From NCBI GenBank assembly GCA_045863395.1, contig BTVJ01000014.1, positions 52,472-116,471 of the forward strand: DNA of 64,000 nt, given 5' to 3'. Below are positions 54,445-64,000 of the stretch, one piece after another. Origin of the DNA: Myxococcales bacterium. Its GTDB lineage: Bacteria > Myxococcota_A > UBA9042 > JABWCM01 > BTVJ01. Made by a program: the position numbers and the translations under genes. The notes under the pieces were generated by a model that worked only from the letters and a program-made list of their open reading frames with translations, was not told where the DNA came from and made no database searches. Numbering within the stretch: the first letter of the stretch is position 1; each line of letters opens with the position of its first letter.

Positions 54445-56478
54445 GTGACCCGAGCCGCCCCCCTGCTGATCGCCGCCGCGCTCCAGGTTGCCGGCTGTGG
54501 CGCGATCCGTTTCGGGGAGCTGGACCCACCGCCTGGGCGCCTCATGGTGGTCGGCGTGTCCCTGGAGGGCAACAGCGCGCTGTCCACGGGAGACGTGGAG
54601 GACCAGATCGCCACCTACTCAGAGAACTTCTCCATCACCGGGGACAAGCCTCTGCTCGATCGGGCCGCCCTGCCGGCGGACGCGCGCCGTATCGAGAGCA
54701 TCTATGCGGCGAACGGCTACTTCGACGCGCGGGTCGTCGAGTATCGGGTCGTAGCGCGTGACGACAAGACCGTGCGGGTGCAGTTCCACGTGCAGGAGGG
54801 CGACCCGACGCGGGTGGCGGAGGTGCTCACCGAGGGCATCGACGACACCGAAGTAGCGGGCGAGGGGGAGCAGGCGGTGCTCCTTCGGGAGGTGAGGGAC
54901 AGGCTCCCGGACCTGATCGGCCTGGAGGTGGGGGAGATCTGGACGGAGGACGCGTGGCGGCTGGCGAAGGCGCGGGTCCAGCGCGCCCTCGTGGAGCGGG
55001 GGTTCGTCTACGCCGAGGTCATCGGCGCGGTCAACGTGGACCGGGACGAGCGCACGGCCGGGCTGGTCCTGCAGGTGTCCCACGGGCCGCTCACGCGTGT
55101 GAAAGACGTGGTCGTGCGCGGCTCCGTCCAGATCCCGCCGGAGCGCATCATGCGGCGCGTCGGGCTGGAGACCGGCCAGGTGGTGATCCCCTCTGCGCTG
55201 CGAGACACGGAGGTCGACATCTACGACCTGGGGGCGTTCTACTCGGTGACGGCGGCGCCCGTCCGCAAGTCCGCCGCGGAGCGGCTCGACGGCGCGCAGC
55301 CGACCCTCCAGAACCTGGAGGCCATCGAGTGGGACCCGGACGTGACCGTCGAGGTGGTGGTGCAGGAGATGCCGATCCACGAGGTGCGCGCGGGAATTGG
55401 CGCCGGCATCGACAACAAGCGGAGCGAGGCCTACGTCAGCGGCGGCTACCAGAACCGCAACCTCTTCGGTGATCTTCGCTTCCTCGACCTGTCGGTGGCC
55501 CCGTCTCTCATCGTGCTCCCGGGCTTCTTCGAGCCCACCAAGCTGGCACCTGGCTTGGACACGGGCGCCGTGTTCAAGCAGCCCTCCCTCCTCACGGAGC
55601 ACCTGCTGTTCACGCTGACCGGGCGCTATGAGCTGGAGGCCGAGCTGTCCTACCAGACCCACAAGGTGACGGCGACGCCCATGCTGTCGCACCGGTTCTT
55701 CGGTTTCCTGACGGTCTTTGTCGCGTACAGCGTCGAATTTCATAACTTCTTCGGCTTTGAAGACGCCAAACCGTCTCTGTCGCTGGAGGACACGCTGGGG
55801 CTCGCGTTTCGTGAGACCTATCTCATCTCCATGCTCCAGCAGGGGGTCGTCATCGATCTGAGGGACAACGTGTACGACCCCCGCAACGGGGTGTTCGCGT
55901 CCATCGCCGTCGAGGAGGCGCTGACGGCCATCGGCAGCGACTTCCACTTCTACCGCCTGCTGGGCGACGTCCGGGGCTTCGTCCAGGCGGCCGACTGGCT
56001 GGTCTTCGGGGCGCGGGTCAAGGGGGGGCACGTCTTCAACGACTACGGCGGAGAGGTGCCCCTCAGCGCGCGGTTCAAGGGGGGCGGCCCGTCCGACATG
56101 CGCGGGTTCGGCTCCCTGCGCATGGGGCCGGTGGTGTGCCAGAGCGACGGAAAAGTGACCACCGTGACCACCGACGACATCGGGTGCCCGGCGGGCTCCG
56201 GTGACCCCCTCTACGTCGGCGGGAGCACCATGATCGAGGGGAGCCTGGAGGCCCGCGTCTACCTCCCGTGGAACTTTGGACTCGTGGCCTTCGTGGACGT
56301 CGGGGAGGTGTGGGCACAGGCGCAGGACGTGGACCTGGAGCTGCTCAACATCGCCGTGGGTCCGGGGCTCCGGTACTACACGCCCTTCGGGCCCATCCGC
56401 GCGGACCTGGGGTTCCTCCTGACGACCCCGAACCCCCCGGAGTTGGTGTTCCACCTCAGCATCGGGCAGGCCTTCTGA
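54445..56478 (+). CDS. tamA: Omp85-family outer-membrane protein (TamA/BamA-like; POTRA plus surface-antigen barrel)
   Basis: GTG at 54445 gives VTRAAPLLIAAALQVAGC. POTRA-like repeats (VGVSLEGNSALS..., VVVRGSVQIP...). C-terminal barrel ends VFHLSIGQAF (terminal aromatic residue). Confidence 0.8.
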   Translation: MTRAAPLLIAAALQVAGCGAIRFGELDPPPGRLMVVGVSLEGNSALSTGDVEDQIATYSENFSITGDKPLLDRAALPADARRIESIYAANGYFDARVVEYRVVARDDKTVRVQFHVQEGDPTRVAEVLTEGIDDTEVAGEGEQAVLLREVRDRLPDLIGLEVGEIWTEDAWRLAKARVQRALVERGFVYAEVIGAVNVDRDERTAGLVLQVSHGPLTRVKDVVVRGSVQIPPERIMRRVGLETGQVVIPSALRDTEVDIYDLGAFYSVTAAPVRKSAAERLDGAQPTLQNLEAIEWDPDVTVEVVVQEMPIHEVRAGIGAGIDNKRSEAYVSGGYQNRNLFGDLRFLDLSVAPSLIVLPGFFEPTKLAPGLDTGAVFKQPSLLTEHLLFTLTGRYELEAELSYQTHKVTATPMLSHRFFGFLTVFVAYSVEFHNFFGFEDAKPSLSLEDTLGLAFRETYLISMLQQGVVIDLRDNVYDPRNGVFASIAVEEALTAIGSDFHFYRLLGDVRGFVQAADWLVFGARVKGGHVFNDYGGEVPLSARFKGGGPSDMRGFGSLRMGPVVCQSDGKVTTVTTDDIGCPAGSGDPLYVGGSTMIEGSLEARVYLPWNFGLVAFVDVGEVWAQAQDVDLELLNIAVGPGLRYYTPFGPIRADLGFLLTTPNPPELVFHLSIGQAF

Positions 56479-59400
56479 TGGCCCGGCAACCCAAGACCCC
56501 GAAGAGACGGAGCCGCCTCCGGCGGGTGCTTCGGTGGCTCCTCATCGGGTTGGGCTCGCTCCTTGGGCTCGTGGTGCTCGCGGTGGGGGCGGTGCTCGTC
56601 CTGCTCCACACGGACTGGGGCAGGGCGGTGGCCGCGCGCGCCGGCCTCCGCGCCCTCAACGACATGGTGCGCGGGGAGGTGCGCGTCGAGCGGCTGGAGG
56701 GGAGCGTCTTCGGGGGCTTGGCGGTCGTTGGTGCGGAGGTGCGGGACCCGGAGGGGGAGCTGGTCGCCAGCGCCGCCCGCATCGAGGTGGAGTGGGATCC
56801 CTGGGCGCTCCTCGGCGAGCGCGTGGCGATCCATCGAGTGCGGGTGGTCGAGCCATCCTTCACGCTCGGTGACGCGGAGGGGCGCATCGCCGTGGCGCGC
56901 GCCTTCGAGCCGGTGAGCCCGTCGGTGTCCCCGCCGTCCACGGAGCCATCGGCCTGGGCGATCCTCGTGGAGCGCGCGGTCATCGAGCGCGGGACGTTCT
57001 CCATGGGGCCCGGCCAGGGAGAGCTGCACGTCGCGGACCTGGAGCTGGATGTGGCGGTGTCCGTCGTCCTTGCAGGTGACCTCGTCTGGGAGGGCCTGGA
57101 GCTGTCGGCGACCATTCCCCCGGTCGGGGCCGTCCGGGTGGCCTCCAGCGGGCGCCTCGGCCCCGCGGGGCTCCGCATCGACGCCGCTCGGGTGGAGGCG
57201 GCTGGGAGCCGCGTGGTCGCGCGAGGGCGGGTCGGCACGCTGGACCGGCCCCGGGGCGACGTGAACATCGAGGCCCGGCTGGACCTCGACGCCGTCGCAG
57301 CCGCCCTCCCCGACGTTCCGCTCACGGGGACCATGGACGTGTCCGGGCGCCTCCATGGGGGCTACGACGGCGCCACCCTGGCGCTGCGCCTCGACGGCGC
57401 CGGGGGGCACGCCACGGCGCAGGCCTGGGCGGCGCTGGCCTCGGGGGGCATGCGCTGGGAGGCGAGCGTTCAGGGGCGCAAGCTGGCGCCCGGGCGCGTC
57501 ATGCGGGGACTCGACCTCCCGCTGGTCGCCGATGTGGACGTGACCGCGCGTGGCAAGGGGGGGATCCCCGCGGGGCGGGCCTCGGCGTCGGTGGAGCTGC
57601 TGCGACTCGAAGGAGCGCCTGCGCCGCCGCTGCCGCTGACCCTCGCGGCCACCCTCGACGACGGGCGCGCCAGGGCCCATGTGCGCAGCGCGGGCAAGGG
57701 GGTGGAGCGCGTGGACGTCTGGGCGGACGCGCGCATCGCCGAGCCCCGCGCGGGGCTGGAGAAGGGCGCCCCCGCCCGTGTGACCCCCGCCGCGGCGGCC
57801 CCCTTGGGCGGGACCGTCGGCTGGGACGTGCGCGGCCTCGACCTGCGCCTGATCGGAGCGCTCACGGGCATGCCGGACCTGGCAGGGCGCGTCGACGTGC
57901 TCTCGGGCGTCGCGAGAGCAGCGCTTCCCGATGGGGGGGCGCCGTCGGTCAGCGCGACGGTGGCGCTGACCGCTCACGAGGTGCACGCGCAAGGGGTGGA
58001 CGCGGAGCGGGTGCAGCTCCGCGGGGCGGGCTCGTGGGCAGGGGGGCTGCCCGACGCCGCGGTGGACGTGACCGTGAACGGCGCGCGGGGGTACGACGGC
58101 GCCGTGAGCCGCGTGCGCGCGTCGGTCCGCGTGGCCGAGCGTGGCGGGGAGGCCCACGCCCGGGGGCGTGTCCGGGTGGACGACGCTCGCTGGCGGGAGG
58201 CCGCGGTGGCCCACCTCACGGTCCCCTTCGAGGCGACGAGCCCGCTGGACGCTCGGCGGCTCCCGGTCGGGCGGGTGGCCGTCTCGCTCCAGGACGCGCG
58301 CTTCGAGGAGCACTCCATCGCTACCCTGAGCACGGACCAGGTGCTCACTCACGTAGGTCGCTCGGATCGGACCACGGGGCCCCTCCGCGCCACGGGGTTG
58401 CGCAGCGGGGGGATGTCGCTGGCGTCCGTGACGGGGAGGGTGGGCGCCCGCAAGGGGGGCGTGACGGGCCTGGTGCGCATCGACGCCGCGCTGGCGGCTC
58501 TCGGTGCACGCCTCGGGCCCCATGAGCGCGCTGCGCGGGTTGGACTGGACGCGCGGGTGCGGCTGACGCCAGGGCGCGCGGGTGTCGCGGCGGAGGGCAC
58601 CGTCGAGGTGCAGGACCTCCGGGCGGCGCGCCTCGTCCAGGTGGCGGCCGCCCGCGCTCGCTTCGATGCGGTGGTGGGGCGTGGCAACCCGGTGGCCAAC
58701 GCCACGGTGCAGGCTACGGGGGTGGCGCTACCCGAGCGCACCCTGGACTCGGTGGACCTGAGAGCCGCGTTGGCGGCCGACGGGAGGGTCAGCCTGGCGG
58801 GCTCGGCGCAGGGGGGCGATGTGCGCCTGTCCGTGGACGCGACCGGGGCGCTGCCACGCGGACCTCGGGACCCCATCGCCGTGACCCTGCGCGAGCTCCG
58901 CCTGGAGGGACCCGAGGCTGGCATCGCGTCGACGGGCTCGGCCACCGTGCGCATCGATCCCGGCGGCGACCTGGAGGTCCGGGGGCTGGAGCTTGCGGGT
59001 CTCGGCGAGCTCCCCGGGTCCATCGTCGTCGACGGGGCCTGGGGGCCCAGGCGCTTCGACGGGCGGGTGGACGTGCGCGCGCTCCCTGTCGCCCGCTGGG
59101 TGGAGGCGGCTCGCCACCTGACGGGCCTCGACACCATCGCGCTGCCGGGCGTCGAGGGCACGGTGACGGTGGAGGCGACCACGGCAGGACCCCCTGGGGC
59201 GCCAACGATCTACGCAAAGGTCGGGGTGGAGGGCGGCGCCGTGGGCGGCATGGACGGCGTGGGAGCGAACCTGGAGGCGTGGCTGGAGCCGGGGTGGGCG
59301 CACGTGAAGGGCCACGCCGCGTGGCGTGGCGAGAGCCGCATCGAACTGGACGTGCGGGTGCCCTTCGCTGTGTCCGCGGTGCCGCTCGCCTTCACCTGGG

Positions 59401-61874
59401 TGGAGGACCAGCCGGTCTCGGCGCGAGTCGACCTGGAGGACCTCTCCCTCGCCGACCTGCGCCCGTGGGTCCCCGCGCCGCCCTCCGGAGCGCCGTTGAG
59501 CGGCACCATGCGGGCCCGCGTCAACGTCGCCGGGCCGCGCTCCAGTCCCCTCGGCACCATCTCCCTGACGGTGCTGGACGTGGCGCTCGGGCCCCTCAAG
59601 AAGGCGGAGCTGCGAGGGCAGATCACCCTGGACGAGGCCGGCACCCACGGGACCGTGGCCGCCGCCCGGGGGGGCAAGGGGCTCCTGCGGGCCACGCTGG
59701 CGGCCCCCGTGAACCTCGCGTGGGTGGCGGCCCACCCGGACCCGGCGCGAGCGCTCGCGGACGGCCTGTCGGAGCGCCCGTTCTCGCTGCGACTGGAGCT
59801 GGACGACCTGCGCCTCGCCGAGCTCCCTTACACGGAGCCGCTGGGCCGGGAGCTGCGTCGCGTCATGGTGGGCGCGGACCTGGCGCTGTCGGGGACCCTC
59901 GGGGAGCCACGGGTGGAGGGGAGGCTCCGTGCCAGCGATCTCCCCCTCGGGAACGGGAGGGGGCGCGCTGCGGTGACACTGGCCACAGAGGAAGAAGATC
60001 TGTCCGTCGACCTGCTCCTGAGCACGCGGACGAGGCGCCTCCTCGAGGGTCACGTCCAGCTCCCCCGGGCGGTGACGGGACTCCTCCGGGGGTTGGACCC
60101 CATGGAGCTGCTGAAAGACCCGCTGCTGCTGGTCTGGCTGGCGAGCGAGCTGGACGTGCCGACCTTGGCGGAGCTGCTGCCCGGAGTCGGCGTGCTGCTG
60201 GGCAACGCGGTGTTCGATCCCCAGCTCCTGCTCACCGTCGTCGCCCGTGGCGATCCACTGGGCCCCACGGCACACGTGGTCGCCTCCTTGGCCAGCGCGG
60301 GCAAGCGCGTGCCGCCGGAGCAGCAGGGCATCGCGCGCAGCGTGCACGTCGCCCTGGAGCTGCTGCCCGGCGGCACCCACCTGTCGACGGTGATCGATCA
60401 GGGGGAGGGGCGAGGGACGCTGACGGCGTTCGGATCCATCGGCATCGGCTCGGGGGACCTGATCTCCCCGGGCACCATCCCGGCTGATCCGGCCTTGCGG
60501 GGCATCGTCGAGTCCCGCTCCTTCGATCTGGCGGGCCTCTCCCGGCTGCTGCCCGACGTGTTCGGGCCCTCGCGGGGGGCGCTGACGGTCGACCTGACGC
60601 TGGGGGGCACGGTCGGTCGTCCGACCCTCTCCGGGGCGCTGGAGGCCTTCTTCGAGGAGCTGTCCCTGGCGATCCTCGGGCTCAATCGGAGCGACGCCAT
60701 GCTGCGTATCGACATCGACAGCGACGCGGGACGCCTCGTGCTGACCCCCATCCGCTGGGAGGATGGCGGCGGCTCCCTCGATCTGGAGCTGGCCATGGAC
60801 GTGCCAGCGCTCGACACGGCGGTGATGAGGCTCCAGGGCAAGGTGGACCTCCAGTCGTTCCAGGTGCTCAGGCGCGGAGACGTGCGGGCCAAGCTGTCTG
60901 GTGAGGTGGAGCTGGCGGGGACCCTGGCGGCGCCCTCGGTCCGCGGCAACGTGACGGTGGACGACGCGCTGATCGACCCCCAGGTCGGGAGCCGCAGCCT
61001 TCGTGACATCGGGCCCCCAGAGGACGTGGTCTACGCTGCCGCGTGGGAGCTGGAGGCCCTGCGCTCTGCCACGGGGGGGCAGCCCGTGCAGGCGCCGAGG
61101 AACGGCCTGGTGCTGGAGCTGGGGGTGACCATTCCGCCCCGGGCAGCCCACCTGCGCAGCGCCATGCTGGACATCTTCGTGGAGGGCGACCTGCAGATTC
61201 AGCGCTTCGGTGGCGGGACGTCCATCGAGGGCGTAGTGAGCGTGGTCGAGGGGTCGGTGGAGCTGGAGGGCCGGCGGTTCGTCATCGCCGAGGACTCGCG
61301 GGTGATCTTCGGAGGCGGCCAGTCCGTGGACCCCCTGCTTCAGATCATCGCCGACTTCGACATCGCGGACGTGGACCTCAGCCCGATCGGGCTGTCCGCC
61401 GAGGCCGGCTCCCGCATCTCGGTGGAGGTGAGCGGCCGCGCGAGCCAGCCCCGGGTGACCTTGCGGAGCGACCCGCCGATGGACGAGACCAACATCATGT
61501 CCATCCTGCTCCTGGGAAACCCCCTCGGCGGTGGCGGCGCGGAGGCGACCGCCGCCCTGGAGCGCGGCGCCACGGGCGTGTTCGTGGGCGCGGCCACGGG
61601 CCGCTTCACCCGCCTCGTGCAGTCGGCCCTGTCCATCGACGTCCTGCGGGTCGAGGGCGGTGAGCAGAGCCTCGCCGACGCCAAGGTCACGGTCGGCAAG
61701 CGCATCACCCGCGACCTGCTCCTGATGTACCACGCCAACCTGGGCGCCAAGGAGGGCGAGAACGCCAACGAGGTCCGCGTCGACTACCGCATCTACAAGG
61801 GCCTCCACCTGGAGACCCGCTTCGGCGACGCGGGCCGAGGCACCCTGGATCTCATGTACCGTTGGCGGTACTGA
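56478..61874 (+). CDS. tamB: translocation and assembly module protein TamB (DUF490 C-terminus)
   Basis: ATG overlaps the tamA stop by 1 nt. MARQPKTPKRRSRLRRVLRWLLIGLGSLLGLVVLAVGAVLVLL (signal anchor). Long beta-rich body. C-terminal VGKRITRDLLLMYHANLG...LDLMYRWRY. Confidence 0.85.
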   Translation: MARQPKTPKRRSRLRRVLRWLLIGLGSLLGLVVLAVGAVLVLLHTDWGRAVAARAGLRALNDMVRGEVRVERLEGSVFGGLAVVGAEVRDPEGELVASAARIEVEWDPWALLGERVAIHRVRVVEPSFTLGDAEGRIAVARAFEPVSPSVSPPSTEPSAWAILVERAVIERGTFSMGPGQGELHVADLELDVAVSVVLAGDLVWEGLELSATIPPVGAVRVASSGRLGPAGLRIDAARVEAAGSRVVARGRVGTLDRPRGDVNIEARLDLDAVAAALPDVPLTGTMDVSGRLHGGYDGATLALRLDGAGGHATAQAWAALASGGMRWEASVQGRKLAPGRVMRGLDLPLVADVDVTARGKGGIPAGRASASVELLRLEGAPAPPLPLTLAATLDDGRARAHVRSAGKGVERVDVWADARIAEPRAGLEKGAPARVTPAAAAPLGGTVGWDVRGLDLRLIGALTGMPDLAGRVDVLSGVARAALPDGGAPSVSATVALTAHEVHAQGVDAERVQLRGAGSWAGGLPDAAVDVTVNGARGYDGAVSRVRASVRVAERGGEAHARGRVRVDDARWREAAVAHLTVPFEATSPLDARRLPVGRVAVSLQDARFEEHSIATLSTDQVLTHVGRSDRTTGPLRATGLRSGGMSLASVTGRVGARKGGVTGLVRIDAALAALGARLGPHERAARVGLDARVRLTPGRAGVAAEGTVEVQDLRAARLVQVAAARARFDAVVGRGNPVANATVQATGVALPERTLDSVDLRAALAADGRVSLAGSAQGGDVRLSVDATGALPRGPRDPIAVTLRELRLEGPEAGIASTGSATVRIDPGGDLEVRGLELAGLGELPGSIVVDGAWGPRRFDGRVDVRALPVARWVEAARHLTGLDTIALPGVEGTVTVEATTAGPPGAPTIYAKVGVEGGAVGGMDGVGANLEAWLEPGWAHVKGHAAWRGESRIELDVRVPFAVSAVPLAFTWVEDQPVSARVDLEDLSLADLRPWVPAPPSGAPLSGTMRARVNVAGPRSSPLGTISLTVLDVALGPLKKAELRGQITLDEAGTHGTVAAARGGKGLLRATLAAPVNLAWVAAHPDPARALADGLSERPFSLRLELDDLRLAELPYTEPLGRELRRVMVGADLALSGTLGEPRVEGRLRASDLPLGNGRGRAAVTLATEEEDLSVDLLLSTRTRRLLEGHVQLPRAVTGLLRGLDPMELLKDPLLLVWLASELDVPTLAELLPGVGVLLGNAVFDPQLLLTVVARGDPLGPTAHVVASLASAGKRVPPEQQGIARSVHVALELLPGGTHLSTVIDQGEGRGTLTAFGSIGIGSGDLISPGTIPADPALRGIVESRSFDLAGLSRLLPDVFGPSRGALTVDLTLGGTVGRPTLSGALEAFFEELSLAILGLNRSDAMLRIDIDSDAGRLVLTPIRWEDGGGSLDLELAMDVPALDTAVMRLQGKVDLQSFQVLRRGDVRAKLSGEVELAGTLAAPSVRGNVTVDDALIDPQVGSRSLRDIGPPEDVVYAAAWELEALRSATGGQPVQAPRNGLVLELGVTIPPRAAHLRSAMLDIFVEGDLQIQRFGGGTSIEGVVSVVEGSVELEGRRFVIAEDSRVIFGGGQSVDPLLQIIADFDIADVDLSPIGLSAEAGSRISVEVSGRASQPRVTLRSDPPMDETNIMSILLLGNPLGGGGAEATAALERGATGVFVGAATGRFTRLVQSALSIDVLRVEGGEQSLADAKVTVGKRITRDLLLMYHANLGAKEGENANEVRVDYRIYKGLHLETRFGDAGRGTLDLMYRWRY

Positions 61875-61941
61875 GCCCTCGGGGGGCTTGAAGCGGCCGC
61901 CGGGCAGGTCTACCGTCAGGAGGCGACGTGGAGGTGTCCTC

Positions 61942-62940
61942 ATGCGATGGATCGTGGCGGTAGCGGTGCTCGGGTGGGCCGGAGGAGCGCGCGCCGGCGC
62001 CATGGAGGACTGCACGAAGCATGTGGGCTGCCTCGACTACTACGACTGCGAGGACCCGTCCAAGTGCACAGGCAAGTGCAAGCCCCCCGCGACGGAGCTC
62101 TGGACCAAGCTGGAGAGCTGCGGGGTCCAGTACTCCTGCTCCAAGGTCTTCGACTTCCAGGACTACGCCGCCTGCCTGCAGAAGAAGTGCGCCGCCCACT
62201 GGGAGAAGTGCGTAGGACCCGACGAGCCCGAGCCCGAAGGGTGTGGCGACGTGTCCTGGGAGGGGGAGTGCGACGGGGACACCGTGCTCTGGTGCGAGGG
62301 CGGAGCGGTGCTGTCCCTGGACTGCGCCGAGGACGGCCAGGGGTGCGGCTGGTCTGACGAGGGCGGGTACTACGACTGCGTAGAGGTGGGCGGGGGCGGA
62401 GGCGGGTGCGGCGGGCTCAACGAGGAGGGGGAGTGCGACGGCGCTCGGGTGCGGTGGTGCGAGGGCGGCACCCCACGGTCTCTCGACTGCGCCGAGGGAG
62501 GCGAGTCCTGCGGCTGGTCCGACGAGGGTGGGTACTACGACTGCGTCGAGGGTGGGGGTGGCGGTGGGGGCAGCGGTGGGGGCAGCGGTGGGGGCGGCGC
62601 CGGTGGTGGGGGCGCCGGTGGTGGGGGCGACGCCGGTGGTGGGGGCGACGCCGGTGGTGGGGCCAGCGGTGGCGATGCCGACGGCGGCGGTGGGGCCAGT
62701 GGCGGCGGCGCGAGCGGGGCGCGAGGCACCTCGGGGAGCGGCGACCCGTCGGGCGGCGGCTCCGCGCCGAGCGGGGTCATTGGGGGCGAGGGCTCCGGCC
62801 CCACCACCACGACCACGACGAGGCGGATCCGCACTGACGGCTGCGAGTCGCGTGAGGCGCCGGTGGGCGCGGCCGGCGCTCTGCTGGCGGGGCTGGCGTT
62901 GCTGTCGTGGCGGCGGGCGAAGGGGCACCGCAACCGGTAG
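61942..62940 (+). CDS. secreted Cys-repeat / Gly-rich protein with MYXO-CTERM-like sorting tail
   Basis: MRWIVAVAVLGWAGGARA signal peptide. Duplicated GECDG..V.WCEGG...SLDCAE.G..CGWSDEGGYYDCVE module. A roughly 70-aa G/A/S/D tract. Tail DGCESREAPVGAAGALLAGLALLSWRRAKG. Confidence 0.75.
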   Translation: MRWIVAVAVLGWAGGARAGAMEDCTKHVGCLDYYDCEDPSKCTGKCKPPATELWTKLESCGVQYSCSKVFDFQDYAACLQKKCAAHWEKCVGPDEPEPEGCGDVSWEGECDGDTVLWCEGGAVLSLDCAEDGQGCGWSDEGGYYDCVEVGGGGGGCGGLNEEGECDGARVRWCEGGTPRSLDCAEGGESCGWSDEGGYYDCVEGGGGGGGSGGGSGGGGAGGGGAGGGGDAGGGGDAGGGASGGDADGGGGASGGGASGARGTSGSGDPSGGGSAPSGVIGGEGSGPTTTTTTRRIRTDGCESREAPVGAAGALLAGLALLSWRRAKGHRNR

Positions 62941-62952
62941 CGCGACGGCGGG

Positions 62953-63351
62953 TCAGTCGTTCAGGGCGGCCCGCGCCTCCTCCCCGGTGCGCAGGATCAA
63001 CGGTCTCAGGCGCAAATCCAGCTTCAGCCAGGCCCGCTTCGCCTCGTCGGGGACCCCGTGGTCCTCCAGCACCTGTCGCAGGATGGCGTGGCGCCGGTCG
63101 AAGTGCCCGGGCAGGATGGGCAGTGCCTCGTGAGCCTCCCGGACCGGCTTCCCCGTATACTCCACGGCGCCGCCAAGGGCTCGCCCCATGAAGCGCGTCT
63201 GCATCTCGACCAGGTGCTCCTTGGGGTGGGGCTGGAAGAAGAAGCCGATGAGGATGTCCGCGTACAGGCGGTCATAGAAGTCCGCGAGGATGCGCCGCAG
63301 GCCGTCCAGGCCGCCGAGCTGATCGAGGGTCGGTGGTGTGGGGGGCGTCAT
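62953..63351 (-). CDS. group I truncated hemoglobin
   Basis: Trimmed to MTPPTPPTLDQLGG. LRRILADFYDRLYADILIGFFF, EMQTRFMGRALGGAVEYTGKPVREAHEALPILPGHFD match the trHbN pattern. Confidence 0.8.
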   Translation of the reverse strand: MTPPTPPTLDQLGGLDGLRRILADFYDRLYADILIGFFFQPHPKEHLVEMQTRFMGRALGGAVEYTGKPVREAHEALPILPGHFDRRHAILRQVLEDHGVPDEAKRAWLKLDLRLRPLILRTGEEARAALND

Positions 63352-63574
63352 CGAGCAGAGCCTACATCCGCGGTGTGTCTGGCGCCAGCGGCGGTGTTGC
63401 CGCGTTGGAAGAGAGGGCAGGGAGGAGAAGCCCCGGTCGAGATCGGCTGGCTGGCACGTCTCCTGGGTGTCCTCGGGCTCCTCCTCCCCGCGCCTGTCTG
63501 CTTCAACCCGCCGCGCGCGCCCAACCTTCCCACCAAGGCTTGCGCTGCCACTCCCGCGCGCGCACGATGAACCC

Positions 63575-64000
63575 GTGGATGGCCGACCCACACTGCTGCT
63601 CGACGTCATGGGGACCCTGGTCCACGACCCCATCCACGACGCGATCCCCGGCTTCTTCGGGACCTCGCTGGAGGCGCTCGTCCCGCAGCTCCGCGCGGGC
63701 CTCTGGGTGGACTTCGAGCTCGGGCGCATCGACGAGGCGACCTTGCTGACGCGCTTCTTTCGCGACGACCGGGCCTTCGATCACGGCGCGTTCCTGGAGC
63801 GACTGCGCGCGGCCTATCGGTGGCTCGACGGGGTGGAGGCGCTGCTCACCGAGCTCCAGCGGCGCGGGACCCCCATGCACGTCCTGTCCAACTACCCGGT
63901 CTGGTGGCGCATGATCGAGGAGCGGCTCGGGCTGTCGCGCTACCTGCCCTGGACCTTCGTGTCCTGCCGGACGGGGGTGCGCAAGCCCGCTCCCGAGGCG
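63575..64000 (+). CDS. HAD-superfamily hydrolase (3' end runs off the window)
   Basis: Absent from the track because there is no stop. GTG at 63575 reads VDGRPTLLLDVMGTLVHDP (motif I DxxGT) ... HVLSNYP (motif II) ... to the window end. Confidence 0.65.
   Translation, partial: MDGRPTLLLDVMGTLVHDPIHDAIPGFFGTSLEALVPQLRAGLWVDFELGRIDEATLLTRFFRDDRAFDHGAFLERLRAAYRWLDGVEALLTELQRRGTPMHVLSNYPVWWRMIEERLGLSRYLPWTFVSCRTGVRKPAPEA

Noticed and set aside
62560-62720. Gly-rich repeat tract as a collagen-like or CRISPR-like element
   Set aside because: There is no G-X-Y triplet periodicity. It lies inside a coherent ORF, and the repeats are contiguous with no spacers.

Overview
High-GC window (hand-counted flanking lines give about 70% G+C). 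It is almost certainly chromosomal DNA of a myxobacterium: it carries a MYXO-CTERM-like sorting tail, CDDGxxCTxDxC cysteine-rich repeat proteins, a DUF1566 protein and many lipoproteins. About 57 genes can be supported.

Left part (about 2.0-11.5 kb): an accessory toxin-antitoxin / restriction-modification / helicase island.
- Its core (about 5.87-8.76 kb) has visibly lower GC.
- mazEF, a VapB-like antitoxin and a C5 cytosine methyltransferase look intact.
- Most effector genes look broken: a vapC stub with an in-frame TGA, an SNF2 helicase lacking motifs IV-VI, a PIN stub, a restriction endonuclease with one in-frame TAG, and an SF2 helicase-nuclease lacking motif I.
- Between mazF and the SNF2 remnant sits a phased array of seven 18-bp palindromes, which no gene explains.

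Rest of the window (core-like genes):
- a 3-hydroxyacyl-CoA dehydrogenase / enoyl-CoA hydratase / MDR oxidoreductase trio;
- a probable 6S RNA with an intrinsic terminator, and tRNA-Leu(CAG);
- two glycosyltransferases;
- a PilZ protein followed by giant TPR and HEAT-repeat proteins;
- secreted Cys-rich lipoproteins, an S8 protease, a STAND/OmpR-type regulator and CvpA;
- an E2-like acyltransferase and a Tsr3/DTW-like gene;
- a sufBCDSUT operon;
- an 830-aa Cys-repeat lipoprotein and a tandem fibrinogen-like-domain protein;
- a TetR/cupin pair, TamA/TamB, a MYXO-CTERM glycine-rich protein, a truncated hemoglobin and a HAD hydrolase.

No rRNA, CRISPR array, transposase or integrase was found. 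I did not find a convincingly intact novel multi-gene system. The most unusual items are the eroded defence island with its palindrome array, the probable 6S RNA, the Tsr3-like gene and the tandem fibrinogen-like protein. All calls rest on reading the sequence and remembered family motifs; no searches were run.
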